Of a stretch of DNA of 64,000 nt, positions 12,201 to 21,435 are shown piece by piece; the stretch's first letter is position 1, and the number at the start of each line of letters is the position of its first letter. The translations under genes were made by a program, and so were the position numbers. The stretch comes from Phoronis australis. Taxonomy: Eukaryota; Animalia; Phoronida. Below the pieces are notes generated by a model, which did no database searches, was not told where the DNA came from, and was given only the letters and a program-made list of their open reading frames with translations. The DNA is taken from the NCBI GenBank assembly GCA_002633005.1, contig NMRA01000104.1:804841-868840 (forward strand). Reading direction: 5' to 3'.

Positions 12201-15200
12201 AATAGGTGCCTACATACCGAATTTCATGAAAATCCGTCTAGGATTTTTGAAGATACAAAGGTAAGCGTAAAAAATTTAATTGCCACTAGGGGGCACACCG
12301 GTAGTCGGATCAGTCCGAAAGTTCGCTCATGCCGTCCCATTCATAAATGAAACATATGTGCCAAATTTCATAAACGTAAGTCAAAGGGTTTTAGAGATAG
12401 AGCAGCGGACGCCAGACGCCGGACGCCGGACGGACGGAGATGACGGCATAATGCGTCCACATATAAATATGTGGGCGCATAAAAATCCAAACCAATCCAA
12501 ATCCACACCTGAATAAAACGTTTTTAACTTTAACATACCCCTTTTGCGTCCGCAGTTATCAAGCTGGCGCAGGACATTATATGCTAATTTTGGGAAGTCT
12601 ATAATCACACATGTCTGTTAGCTTTAACCGAAATTTGATTAGTTTAATGCAGAAACGGACGGAAACAGGAAGTCTTAAACTCACCGAGGACCGAAGTGTT
12701 GCTCGTGGAAGGCGCGACTTTCAGAATATAATTTGAATATTGTATCTGCCCAGATCTATGCGTATTATCACAGCCCCAAATTTCCAAATTTCTGAACCAT
12801 AAGCTGCAATAGCCAAAAATTATTTCCCTAACACACCCACTAGGGGGCGCCACACCAGTTACATCAATCCAGAAACAATGAAATTGAAGAAGACGAGAAG
12901 AAAACAAAAGGTGTACAAAGGAGTACATCAGTAGTCAGACCCGTCCAAAATCAACAGTAGATATGCCCCTTCCTCATGAAAGTCCATCCAATGGACTACT
13001 TATTTAAAGAGGTAAACTTAAAACATATATAACTGTCACTTGGGGTTAGAGCGGTAGTAGAATCCATCCAAAGCTCGTCCCCACCTGTTATCAACTTCAT
13101 AGGAACACATCTGCCAAATATGTGATTAAGATCCTTCAAGGCGATTACGAGATATAGCAGCGGACGCCGCATACCCAGACTTAGATGGAGGCATTATATG
13201 ATCGCAAAAAAAAATTAAATTGTCGCAAGGGAGTACACCAGTAATCATCAAATCAGAGTTTAGTATCCTTTCAAGTTAAGTAAGAACGATGGCAAGCTTA
13301 ATGCAGACGGCCGCCAGTGCAAGTCGACAGTGACCCAGGTCATACCATTATACTACCAATGAAAAGACAGTGACCAGTCATTTTCTGCAAACGGAGTATT
13401 GATCTGTGTTGACTTTGCACTGACCACTTGACAACTAAATTCTCCCTATTAGGGTAGTATTTCCTGGTGGTATTCGGTTCAGTTCAGATTGCGAAACTTT
13501 GTGAGTAGGTCAAGCGTTTATCCGAATTGATAAACATCCCAATTCATCATTATAAAAAGACCTTTAAGTTGTTTGATCATTTGCCGTGTTGTCATAAGTT
13601 TTGCAACAATTTGATTAACGGTGTGACCAAATTAGTTTTTGAGGAAAAGTTGTCGTTGTGGCCTCTGCGAAGACAAATGCGGAAGGTGTGAAAGGTCTGC
13701 ACACTTTTTTCTTTCTAGTCCTGCCTCCAATACTATCTCTACGGATGAACTTACTATCTCCATCGGTAGTAGTCAGACATAACGCGTCCGTATTTTGGGA
13801 ACTTGGTCTGTTTACACCAACCTCTAAAGCGTATTATTTGTCAGCGTAAGAAGGCCAGATGTTTGGGTAAACAATCTAATAAATTTTGCAAATGATGTTA
13901 GATATATTAAGTATATTGATAGCGATAGTGAGTCTATCTGCAAATTATAAGTCTATCCTTAAAGATGACGAAGATTCTTGTCATATATAGTTGTATTTAC
14001 GTACTTACCTAGTAGATATCTCTATCGATAGACAGTTTAACTCTATCGATAGAGTTACTACCTCTACAAACAGAATTAGTTATTCTAATGATAAAGTTAC
14101 AAAGTCTATCTGTTTGTGCTTGTATCTTTATCGGCCGCCTTTCAACAGAGATAGGACAGGAGAAAAAATCCTGCGCTGACTTTTTACAGTCACCGAAAAG
14201 AGAATCGCGAAAACGTATTCTATTTTTTACAAAAACCATGCCAACCTACCTGATTGGCCACCGTAAGCTAACGTTTGCCCAACAAACACTCCTGAATTGT
14301 GAATGACACTTATGCGACCTCCGGCTCCACCACCTCCTTTACCGGCACCGCGACCACCGACTGCGCTTAACATGCCAGAACCACGAATTTCGCCACACTG
14401 AAGCATAATGCTTCCTGTAATTGATAAATGTAATATTTTTGTAGTCTTAAACCTGGTAACAATGCACAACTATGACACAGAATATAACAATTCATAGCCA
14501 TGATCATTTTCGAAAAAGGCCTTTCCTTAAGTTGACGGGGTTACGGTTACCTGCTCGAGAGAGGCAGCAATGTGATGTAAACCGCGACATTTAGTCGAAC
14601 ATAAAAACCATAAGCTTTTCAAAATCACTTATAAGATTACGCTACCAAAAGTGATCATGAAAGAAGAGCTATTTTCTTCAAACCCACCCGGCCTGGTCTA
14701 CCCGGCGTCTAGCACGACCAAAGGCCGAGCAAGCTCAAAGAATACTGCACTCAATTTCATCCCCAAATATTTATTCTATACAGGCCACTCTTCCCATTTT
14801 CTTCATCTATTCAGCTCCTCGTCCCACGTCTACCAAGGAGTGTAGCTCTGATCTCTTGGCTTTTTGGAGCGGCTTTCATTAGAGTACGCCGATATACATA
14901 AAAATAATTGCAGGCGGTCTGATACACGTTGTACCAGACGTGAGCAGGCCTCGCATGTGGGCCCATTGCACTGGTCAACTGGAAATATTTTTATGCTTTA
15001 TTGATATATGGTTAAAACGCCGATATGGTCAGTGCCTCGATTTCGTCCATTCTACTACGATTGGGTCCCTTTCGGCCAGTAATGCGTTGCCTCGCCAGCA
15101 AATGAATGTATCGCATTAAAAATGCGCATGACAAGCTTGCAAACAAATACCATTAAGATGGCGGTGTCTACGCGTGCTCTTAAGAAAGTTTTATCTTTGA

Positions 15201-18200
15201 CCTACTCTACACAAGATTCGATAATTGTTTAGCAATACCTTTATAATTGATTGATAACGTAAAGATACAGACGAAAACTGTGGTACTTTGTAAAGCATAT
15301 GAACTGCAAGGGAAACAGTCTACAGCTGTTAACAGACTTGGAAAATTGATAAGTAAGAATTGCCTATGAGAATTTTTAAAGCAAAAAACAGCTTTCGTAT
15401 GTATTTATTGACTGATGTAAATCAATCAGTCAATCAAATTTAAGGAGTGTGTACCTCCGCTTCCACCGCCGCTGTTTCCGGTGCCAATCGCATCTGCTCC
15501 ACTGGCAGAAATGAGTCCATCGATTTCCAGTTTTGTCCGAGAGACAACATGGATCACACCGCCTCCACCACCAGCCGCAATCCCTCCGCCGCCACTTCCG
15601 CTGTCAAGAGGGGTCGATGTCGTACCATATGGCAGAGCCTGAGTGGCGGTCAAGAACCTGTTGCCCGGAGCACCTCCGCGGCCGCCATAGCTAGCTGTTG
15701 GAGATACGAAGTAAAATAATGTCAGCGTGTTTTAATGTTTGTTCTGAAAGAACAACGAAAAAAAGTTATTTATAATATATGTCGAGACTACAATATCAGA
15801 TAGTCTCAAGCGGAAACAGTTTTCATTCCAGACATCCTAATGTAGAACAAGAACAACTTTGCCTATCATGGGAGGTGCACCATGGGGGACTGGGGGCTAT
15901 AGCCCCCACTCATTTCAGCACTGAAATAAGTAGGGGCTATAGCCTCTCAGTCCCCCATGGTGCGCCGCCCATGGTGCCATGGGTGGCGCACCATAGGAGT
16001 CTGGAAGCTATAGCCCCTACTTATTTCAGTGGTTCGCAGGGCATGATATAATCTCGTGTTGGGCTATCAATAACCTACGAAGTGTTAAAGAAAATAAACT
16101 TTTACAGCCCACAAAACGCAAAAGTTCTTTTCTCCACTCTCTGCGAATGTATAACAGTTATTTATTCCGTTTAATCTGTATATGGCAGAGCTGCAAACTG
16201 TAATGGTTTTTGCATCCTTATGAATAGCATGTTACTCTGAGGTGGACGACGCCTTTTAAGGGTATTTAAGACACTAGAAAAAGGTCCAAATTTCGGTATC
16301 GTCGAAACATCATGTCTCCGAAATAGCTGATGGAATTCATACGAAACTTTCAGATAATATACTTAATTCATAATTTCCAAAACGCTGTCAGGAATTGATT
16401 TTAAAATGATCTATTTTTGCTTGAGGGCTATCAAAAATACGACTCGTATGATTTTCATGAAAGACCTCAACAGCTGCACAAAACTAAAACGACATAATAA
16501 TTAAGACAACCTTATCAGCCATTTCAAATAAAATTTGACCATGTTATTGAAATCGCTGTGTAGCTATCAGACTACCTTCACTTTGCTAATTTTACTCAAA
16601 AAACGGGGCTATGTGACTCAGTTGACTACCGAGTAGTAAAAAAATCAGAAAATCAATTTTGCAGGCTTATTAGTTTACGACCACATGTGAAGTTGTAGGT
16701 ATTTGGCTAAATACATGGACTTGTTGACGTGGTCCTGTGTAACCATAAACTAACGACCAAAAGATGAGCATGAATGTTTATTCAGATAACGAGTTTCTAC
16801 GAAGTAGTAATCTATGTTTCAACCGAGCCAGACTTTTAGGTATGACGTCACTTCCGCCAAGCCCGCATTAACTCAAAGACTACAATTCTAGTGGCTGATT
16901 TTGACGTTACCACTGGGCTGGATTTGCACCCTAACTTAAGGAAACTGAAAAAAGGCATAACTGACAGAAAGCATACTCCATGGGGTTTCTCAAAGATCAA
17001 GAAATTCAACAAACCCATGTGTATTTGCCGTGCCACGTCCACCTGAAATTTTTGAGATGCCAAGAATGACCCAAAATTGAGGTTTTTGACCTTTTTGTAC
17101 TTAAAAATACAAATTTACAACTGCCCTGCTGCAAGAGCGGAGACAAGAATCCGAATGCTCTTGCACTCTAGATTCCAGAAATTTAAGTTAAAAAATGTAA
17201 TTGCAAACCACTTTTTTGACAATTTCTATTTTTCTGAAGGTAAGCCTACCTGGATTCTCGCCAAAAATTTAACACTGAACAAGGCTGTTCTTTGAAAATG
17301 GCGACATTTCCGGATCCAGGTAGGCAAGAACAAGGGCCAAACTTCTGGAATCCATTTACTTAAAACAACTGCAAGGAACTACTGACTATAGACTACCATT
17401 CGTGGCGTAGCTACAAAGGCCCAAACCGTGGCCTTAGTTAGCCCTTTTGAAATGCCTTCGGTTCAGCCAAAATGCATTATCAATGGCAAGCGCATTTTTG
17501 ATCGAACTCAGCATCGTCCATCTCGCATTTTAAATGGAATTAAACAAAAGAAAGTAAGATGGTGAACGAAGAATTGGCGAACTGCGCATGCACTGTACGA
17601 TCGAAGCGAACTGATGGAGTGAGTGCACGAAGGGAGTTAACGTTTGCATGAAGGCGTGTGTTGAAAAACCTCGCGAAACGATGGTTTTTTACCAGTTGTA
17701 GACTTCTGGAAAACACTGACGTTTGAATACATACATATGTTTGTGTATCTGCTGAAGTCCTCTTGCAACCTATTATGCATTGTAACCTGTCCACTCAACG
17801 CTATTCTAAAGCAGCAAAATGCTATTAAGCAAGCTGAGGGCACCACTCTCCTAGCCGGAGAAAACGTTAAAAGGCTTCACGGTTGTTGTTCACATCGGAC
17901 GATTAACTCGGCCGAGTTAATCGTCCGATGTGAACAACAACCAGAAAATTCTGGTGCGTTGACATTCTTGCCGAGAATACTAATATTCTGGAAAGTCAGC
18001 TTGGCTGGAAGAGTCTAAAAATCACTGGAATGTAGGCTTCTCACGATAAGGAAGCAAATGTGAAAGCGGTGTGTACCGCCTTCAAATGTGGAATTTTTAT
18101 ATGAAGGAAGTAGTCAGGTAAAACGTTCGCAGTATGAGCGTTATAAAGGTAACTTATTTGCTGCCGTACGAGTGAATTAGTGCAACATTTAGTGCAAAAT

Positions 18201-21200
18201 GTCATTCTGGTCAATCACACGCGACCAATATGGATGAGCAGAGCAGAATCACAAATCACATGATTGAAATGCACGCTTCTCATGATAAAAAGGAAATCAC
18301 ACACCTGACGAGCATTCATATGCGATATTTTCAGACGGCGGATCAGACAGCCTAATGGCCTTTGTCATCGGTCGGCATGTGAAAATTGCATTACTTTCAA
18401 TGAGCAAGTATGAAGTAGAGGGCCGATTTGAAAATATCACAAGCCCGTTCTCCCGGTACAGCAGAGCAGTGGGGCCCCTACCACCACAGATACACCTAAC
18501 AAGAAAACGCAATTAAATATCAACACGCTCACATGCTACGTTCACGTGTATTTATTGGTAGGAACACCGTTACTCCAACGCGTTCACATGCTACGCTCAA
18601 GTAATTTTATTGGTAGGAACACCGGTACTCCAACGCGTTCACATGCTACCTTCACGTGTATTTACTGGTAGGAACACCGGTACTCCAACGCGTTCACATG
18701 CTACGTCCAAGTAATTTTATTGGTAGGAACACGGGTACTCAAACGCGTTCACATGCTATGTCCAAGTAATTTTATTGGTAGGAACACCGGTACTCCGGTA
18801 CTCCAACGCGTTCACATACTACGTTCACGTGTATTTATTGACAGGCCTACCGGTACTCATACAATAGTGCAATCAAAAATTAAACAACACAAAGTGTGCC
18901 ATTCAAAACAAATATTCAGCAAAGAAATGCTACTCATTTGGTTGGCCATGAACCTCGCATGCAGAAATGATACTTGTCAACTAACTTTTAGAAGGACAGT
19001 CCAGCTTTTTGAATTTGCGTACAGCGTCCCGCTACACCATCAGAATGTCTTGCTTTTTCAGTTGACATACGCGCCTATATTATTTATATTCTTACGACAA
19101 GTGGATGCAAATTTCAGTGCTTATCCTTACACCTTTTCGCCGTTCTATTTTACCTAAAAGCACCATCATCATGAAGCTTCTGGATGTTCCGGTGGACGTT
19201 TTCACCTCAGGGGGTATCCTAGATCCAGATGTAGGCCTACCGCTTTTTCTTAATGAAATAATGGAAACTACGAAAATGGGAAATGATCTGGAATGATATT
19301 ACCTAGGTGTGCCCTCTATTGACCCAAAACACTTGCGAAATATTTGCGGCCTGAAATCTTCGTTTCATAATTCAAAATGCCGATATAAGCGACTAATCAC
19401 TTCAGTGGCAGCCATTTTCCAAGGGTGCACTGGTAGTGACGTCATCAACATTTAAAGCACCATTAAGACCGAGCTTACTGTCAAAATACACAAAGTTTGA
19501 TTTGGGCCACTTTCTGTCATAAAACTGATTTTATCGGATTTTATAGTCAGATAGTAAATGACTTATTGGTTTGCATAATGTTAAATACTTCGTTATTCTT
19601 TTGAGACCGCATAAAACGACACGTTAAATTATAGACTGGTCTCAAGCAATAACGAACAGCCAGTTTTCGGAAGCCCTGAAGTCAACTCTAATTTGACTAA
19701 GGAATACCAAATTCATAATTGTAAATGGCCTCAATCAAAAGTTGCTTTTTTGTGATGGAAGTTGGGTTAATAGCTGACATAAGAATGTGGTCACGAGTCA
19801 ACCTGGGTACTCTGACAAATCAGTATTGTATACCGATTATGATCAGATAAAAAGTAATAACACCGGATAAAAATGCGGTCTTTATTCTATGCCGTCTAGT
19901 GTTGCTTTGACATTTAAATTTGATAAAAAAACGTCCTGTCGTCTACTGCAACTGAACAATAGCTGGAGTCGCGTGTTGTCCAAACAACACAGTTGAAACT
20001 GCGCAATTCTTTTATCACAGAAGTAGATCGGCTAGAGGTAAATGCAGAAGGGCATCACCCGCAACATCTGTGGTTTGAATTACCTTATAGTGACTTTTTG
20101 AAATTTTTTGTGTCCTATCTACCTAATATAATTACTTTTATTTATTTGAACTTGCCGGAAACGGTCACGCTGCATATTTTCTAAATAAAATCGAAATTGA
20201 AACCTTTGGAAAGTGAGAAAAGGTTATTTTATTTTAGTGTCTGTACCCAACGGCTTGAAATCGTTTTAGCCAGTGTTCATAAACACTATTACCAACAAAG
20301 CGAAATGCTCATGCTATAAACCTTTAAAGAGGTATTCTCACCGAGAAAAGAAATTTTACAAAAGTTAGTAATAGCGCGCATTCGAATCCATTAACTCCGA
20401 AACGGCAGCCGAACGTTATGCCGCTGAGCCAAATCCCATGATTAGTCCAACTTCAAGCTTATTCAAATGTCAAAGACCCCCGGCCTTGGTTTCAGCAAAT
20501 GTCTGGTGGACAATGGCAAGAATTGGCGATTAGTAATAAATCACAAAAAACGGATTTTGGAGTTTCATAGCTCTGATTAAATTCATTAACTCCAAGAAGC
20601 CTATCCCATTCAACAATAAGCACAAAATCCCATTTTTGGCCTCGATAATGTTCCTTTAAAAAATTTCCTTCATCTATTTTCATGTTTGGTTTTCTTATTA
20701 GTATCTGATCGTGCTAGCCTGTTTTTCTAAAAGCTGTTAATCTCATTGCTATTTGATATGGTTTTCACTGAGAACACTTGAGAAAAATTATTGTGTGAAA
20801 ATTAGCGTATTGTGAAAGCATATCATGGTGGAAGTGATCAGGAAAGGTGCACGCGCATTCGCTGAACTAAAAGAGAAATAAAAAGTGACGATTCTTATAT
20901 TTAAACATGCAATACGTATAAGTAGTTTTTATCCTTGGATATAACTATGTCAGTCACAATGCCAGTAGTTGCGATCATCCCAATCTAGTCAGTCCCAGTT
21001 AAACATTTATCTTTATCTATACGACACACGCTGTCGCTCGCCCTAACCTTCAAGTGGTTAGGGACACGAGTGAAACGAAATGTTTGAGAATGTTATGGTA
21101 GACTATGCCTTACCCCCACTACCGTCTGTCGTTCCAGCACCGGGTCCTTGACCTCGAAGGTGACCCCGTCCATTACTGTCCAGTCGACCAGTGGACTGTA

Positions 21201-21435
21201 TCGTTATGCTCTGTCCTTCGAGGCTTGCGTACTCGCCTGTCGCTGGTGATGTCTGAAACACCAGCGTGCCGGCAATGACAACATTACCAGCATAGGTGTG
21301 TTTACCAGGTGACAAGGCACATGTCACGCCGTGTGCTACTGTCAAAGAGTCACCTGAGGGACACGGGTTGAGCTGCCCTGCACCTCCTGGCAGAAATATG
21401 AACAGTAAAACACTCGTGATAATCAAAGAGTCCAT
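1..21435 (-). CDS. Giant secreted/extracellular Gly-rich-module, beta-repeat protein with an F5/8 type C domain; multi-exon gene, 3' end runs off the window
   Basis: Exons in transcription order: 21114-21435, 15455-15694, 14250-14414, ~9067-9356, 8330-8495, 8107-8136, ~7065-7238, 4495-5994, 3348-4174, 1878-3072, 1399-1655, 1096-1279, 633-797, 321-508, 1-201. All have GT..AG boundaries with compatible phases, summing to 5904 nt of open frame. Starts MDSLIITSVLLFIFLPGGAG (signal-peptide-like). Confidence 0.85.
321..508 (-). CDS. Exon of giant protein
   Basis: GAIAYLMP...YRFSMVELYGGAQLTF...IVGDDTGQIHV; tttcag acceptor, GTAACA donor. Confidence 0.8.
633..797 (-). CDS. Exon of giant protein
   Basis: GGSGAEPGGPGMAYLDG...LRIDNK; aatcag acceptor, GTGAGT donor. 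Confidence 0.8.
1096..1279 (-). CDS. Exon of giant protein, second Gly-rich module (not in ORF track)
   Basis: GSNSGGGSGGSVYIHCDRLVGSGYIDSSGGAASGSGGGGAGGRVVAYF; tttgtag acceptor, GTAATT donor. Confidence 0.85.
1399..1655 (-). CDS. Exon of giant protein, second Gly-rich module
   Basis: GASGASHGARGGRGG...YGNIYDPGTWGSGGG...GGRGGGLIHL; aatag acceptor, GTAAAT donor. Confidence 0.85.
1878..3072 (-). CDS. Exon of giant protein, ~100-aa repeats and start of second Gly-rich module
   Basis: Within ORF 1867..3090; ttcacag acceptor, GTACGA donor; ends GLIDCKEGGHVSDDGP. Confidence 0.85.
3119..3274. mobile_element. hAT-type MITE in intron
   Basis: 14-bp TIR CAGTGCTGTAGTGG / CCACTACAGCACTG; perfect 8-bp TSD AACATTAT at 3111-3118 and 3275-3282. 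Confidence 0.85.
3348..4174 (-). CDS. Exon of giant protein, ~100-aa repeats
   Basis: tttcag acceptor; GKSRLRTELLRINRTGTFELD... continuing into ORF 3315..4073; donor GTAAGT. Confidence 0.85.
4495..5994 (-). CDS. 1.5-kb exon of giant protein, beta-strand repeats
   Basis: Within ORF 4460..6010; ttacag acceptor, GTGGAG donor; alternating hydrophobic/polar strands with Gly/Asn turns. Confidence 0.85.
7065..7238 (-). CDS. Exon of giant protein (GESGGPGTIYF...), not in ORF track
   Basis: Acceptor caccag; motif GGPGTIYF parallels GGPGMAYL in exon 633-797; donor position tentative. Confidence 0.65.
7283..7532. mobile_element. Old hAT-like MITE in intron
   Basis: Termini CAGTGCC / GGCACTG; flanks TTCATTTT / TTCATTTC (8-bp TSD, 1 mismatch). 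Confidence 0.55.
8107..8136 (-). CDS. 30-nt phase-1/1 micro-exon (GSTVNSPSTT linker)
   Basis: atcatttcag acceptor, GTAGGA donor, frame-preserving. Confidence 0.6.
8330..8495 (-). CDS. Exon encoding the C-terminal half of the F5/8 type C domain
   Basis: FAANSDDSTVVTVRLPYPLHATALRIYPTAYNGFVAMKAQFKG is the typical discoidin C-terminal half; tacag acceptor, GTACGC donor. Confidence 0.8.
9067..9356 (-). CDS. Exon encoding the N-terminal half of the F5/8 type C (discoidin) domain
   Basis: LRASS...YWSP...QYLEVTFQRAHYITAILTKG...YVTRYYVVY...W matches the discoidin pattern; donor AAG|GTATGC; acceptor at 9357-9358 is weak and approximate. Confidence 0.75.
11224..12485 (+). mobile_element. Non-autonomous Helentron-type (HINE/pearl/DINE-like) element with internal ~143-bp tandem repeats
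   Basis: Begins AACAAGAG with subterminal ATGCACCCACA matching the reverse complement of TGTGGGCGCAT at the other end; degenerate ~143-bp core repeats; GGAC microsatellite; terminal hairpin ATGCGTCCACATAT-AA-ATATGTGGGCGCAT then AAAAA. Confidence 0.7.
12830..13260 (+). repeat. Degenerate partial copy of the same core-repeat element
   Basis: CCACTAGGGGGCGCCACA, GATATAGCAGCGGACGCC and GTACACCAGTA blocks shared with 11224-12485. Confidence 0.55.
14250..14414 (-). CDS. Exon 3 of giant protein (Gly-rich module)
   Basis: Acceptor ttacag; GSIMLQCGEIRGSGMLSAVGGRGAGKGGGGAGGRISV...AYGGQS; donor GTAGGT. Confidence 0.85.
15455..15694 (-). CDS. Exon 2 of giant protein (Gly-rich module)
   Basis: Acceptor tctccaacag; ASYGGRGGAPGN...PYGTTSTPLDSGSGGGGIAAGGGGGVIHV...NSGGGSG; donor GTACAC. 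Confidence 0.85.
15867..16030. mobile_element. Palindromic MITE-derived repeat with three arms; same family as 63141-63294
   Basis: CATGGGxGGxGCACCATGGGGG...GGGGCTATAGCCCC..TTTCAG arm, its reverse complement (ending 15973), then a third arm. Confidence 0.7.
16266..16700 (+). repeat. Dispersed DNA-transposon-like repeat, related copies at ~32960-33320 and ~50580-50985
   Basis: Shared block (CATCA)TxTCTCxGAAATAGCTG..GxATTCATAxxAAACTTTCAGAxAxTATxCTT in all three places; TTAA near some ends (Kolobok-like, inference). Confidence 0.5.
18521..18858. repeat. Minisatellite, ~55-bp unit x6
   Basis: Unit CAACGCGTTCACATGCTACG(TTCACGTGTA/xxCAAGTAAT)TTTATTGGTAGGAACACCGGTACTC starting at 18521, 18576, 18631, 18686, 18741 and ~18803. 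Confidence 0.9.
20375..20432 (-). repeat. Degenerate tRNA-derived (SINE-head-like) sequence
   Basis: Reverse complement TGGCTCAGCGG (A-box-like) ... GGATTCGAAT (B-box-like); no full cloverleaf. Confidence 0.3.
21114..21435 (-). CDS. First coding exon of giant protein (signal peptide and start of first Gly-rich module)
   Basis: ATG at 21435, hydrophobic stretch, ...GRLDSNGRGHLRGQGPGAGTTDGSG; donor G|GTAAGG. Confidence 0.8.

Noticed and set aside
12644-13400. Further exon candidates (ORF 12644..12928; WVTVDL-like peptide near 13330)
   Set aside because: Phases do not fit the flanking exons, in-frame stops nearby, and partial overlap with repeat sequence
18521-18858. Regularly spaced repeats resembling a CRISPR array (also 27928-28127 and 33836-33970)
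   Set aside because: No unique spacers, no cas genes, eukaryotic intronic/intergenic context; ordinary minisatellites
18900-19250. Minus-strand protein-like fragment (…KIERRKGVRISTEICIH…RDAVRKFKKLDCP…), perhaps a transposase relic
   Set aside because: Multiple stops and no motif I can assign to a family
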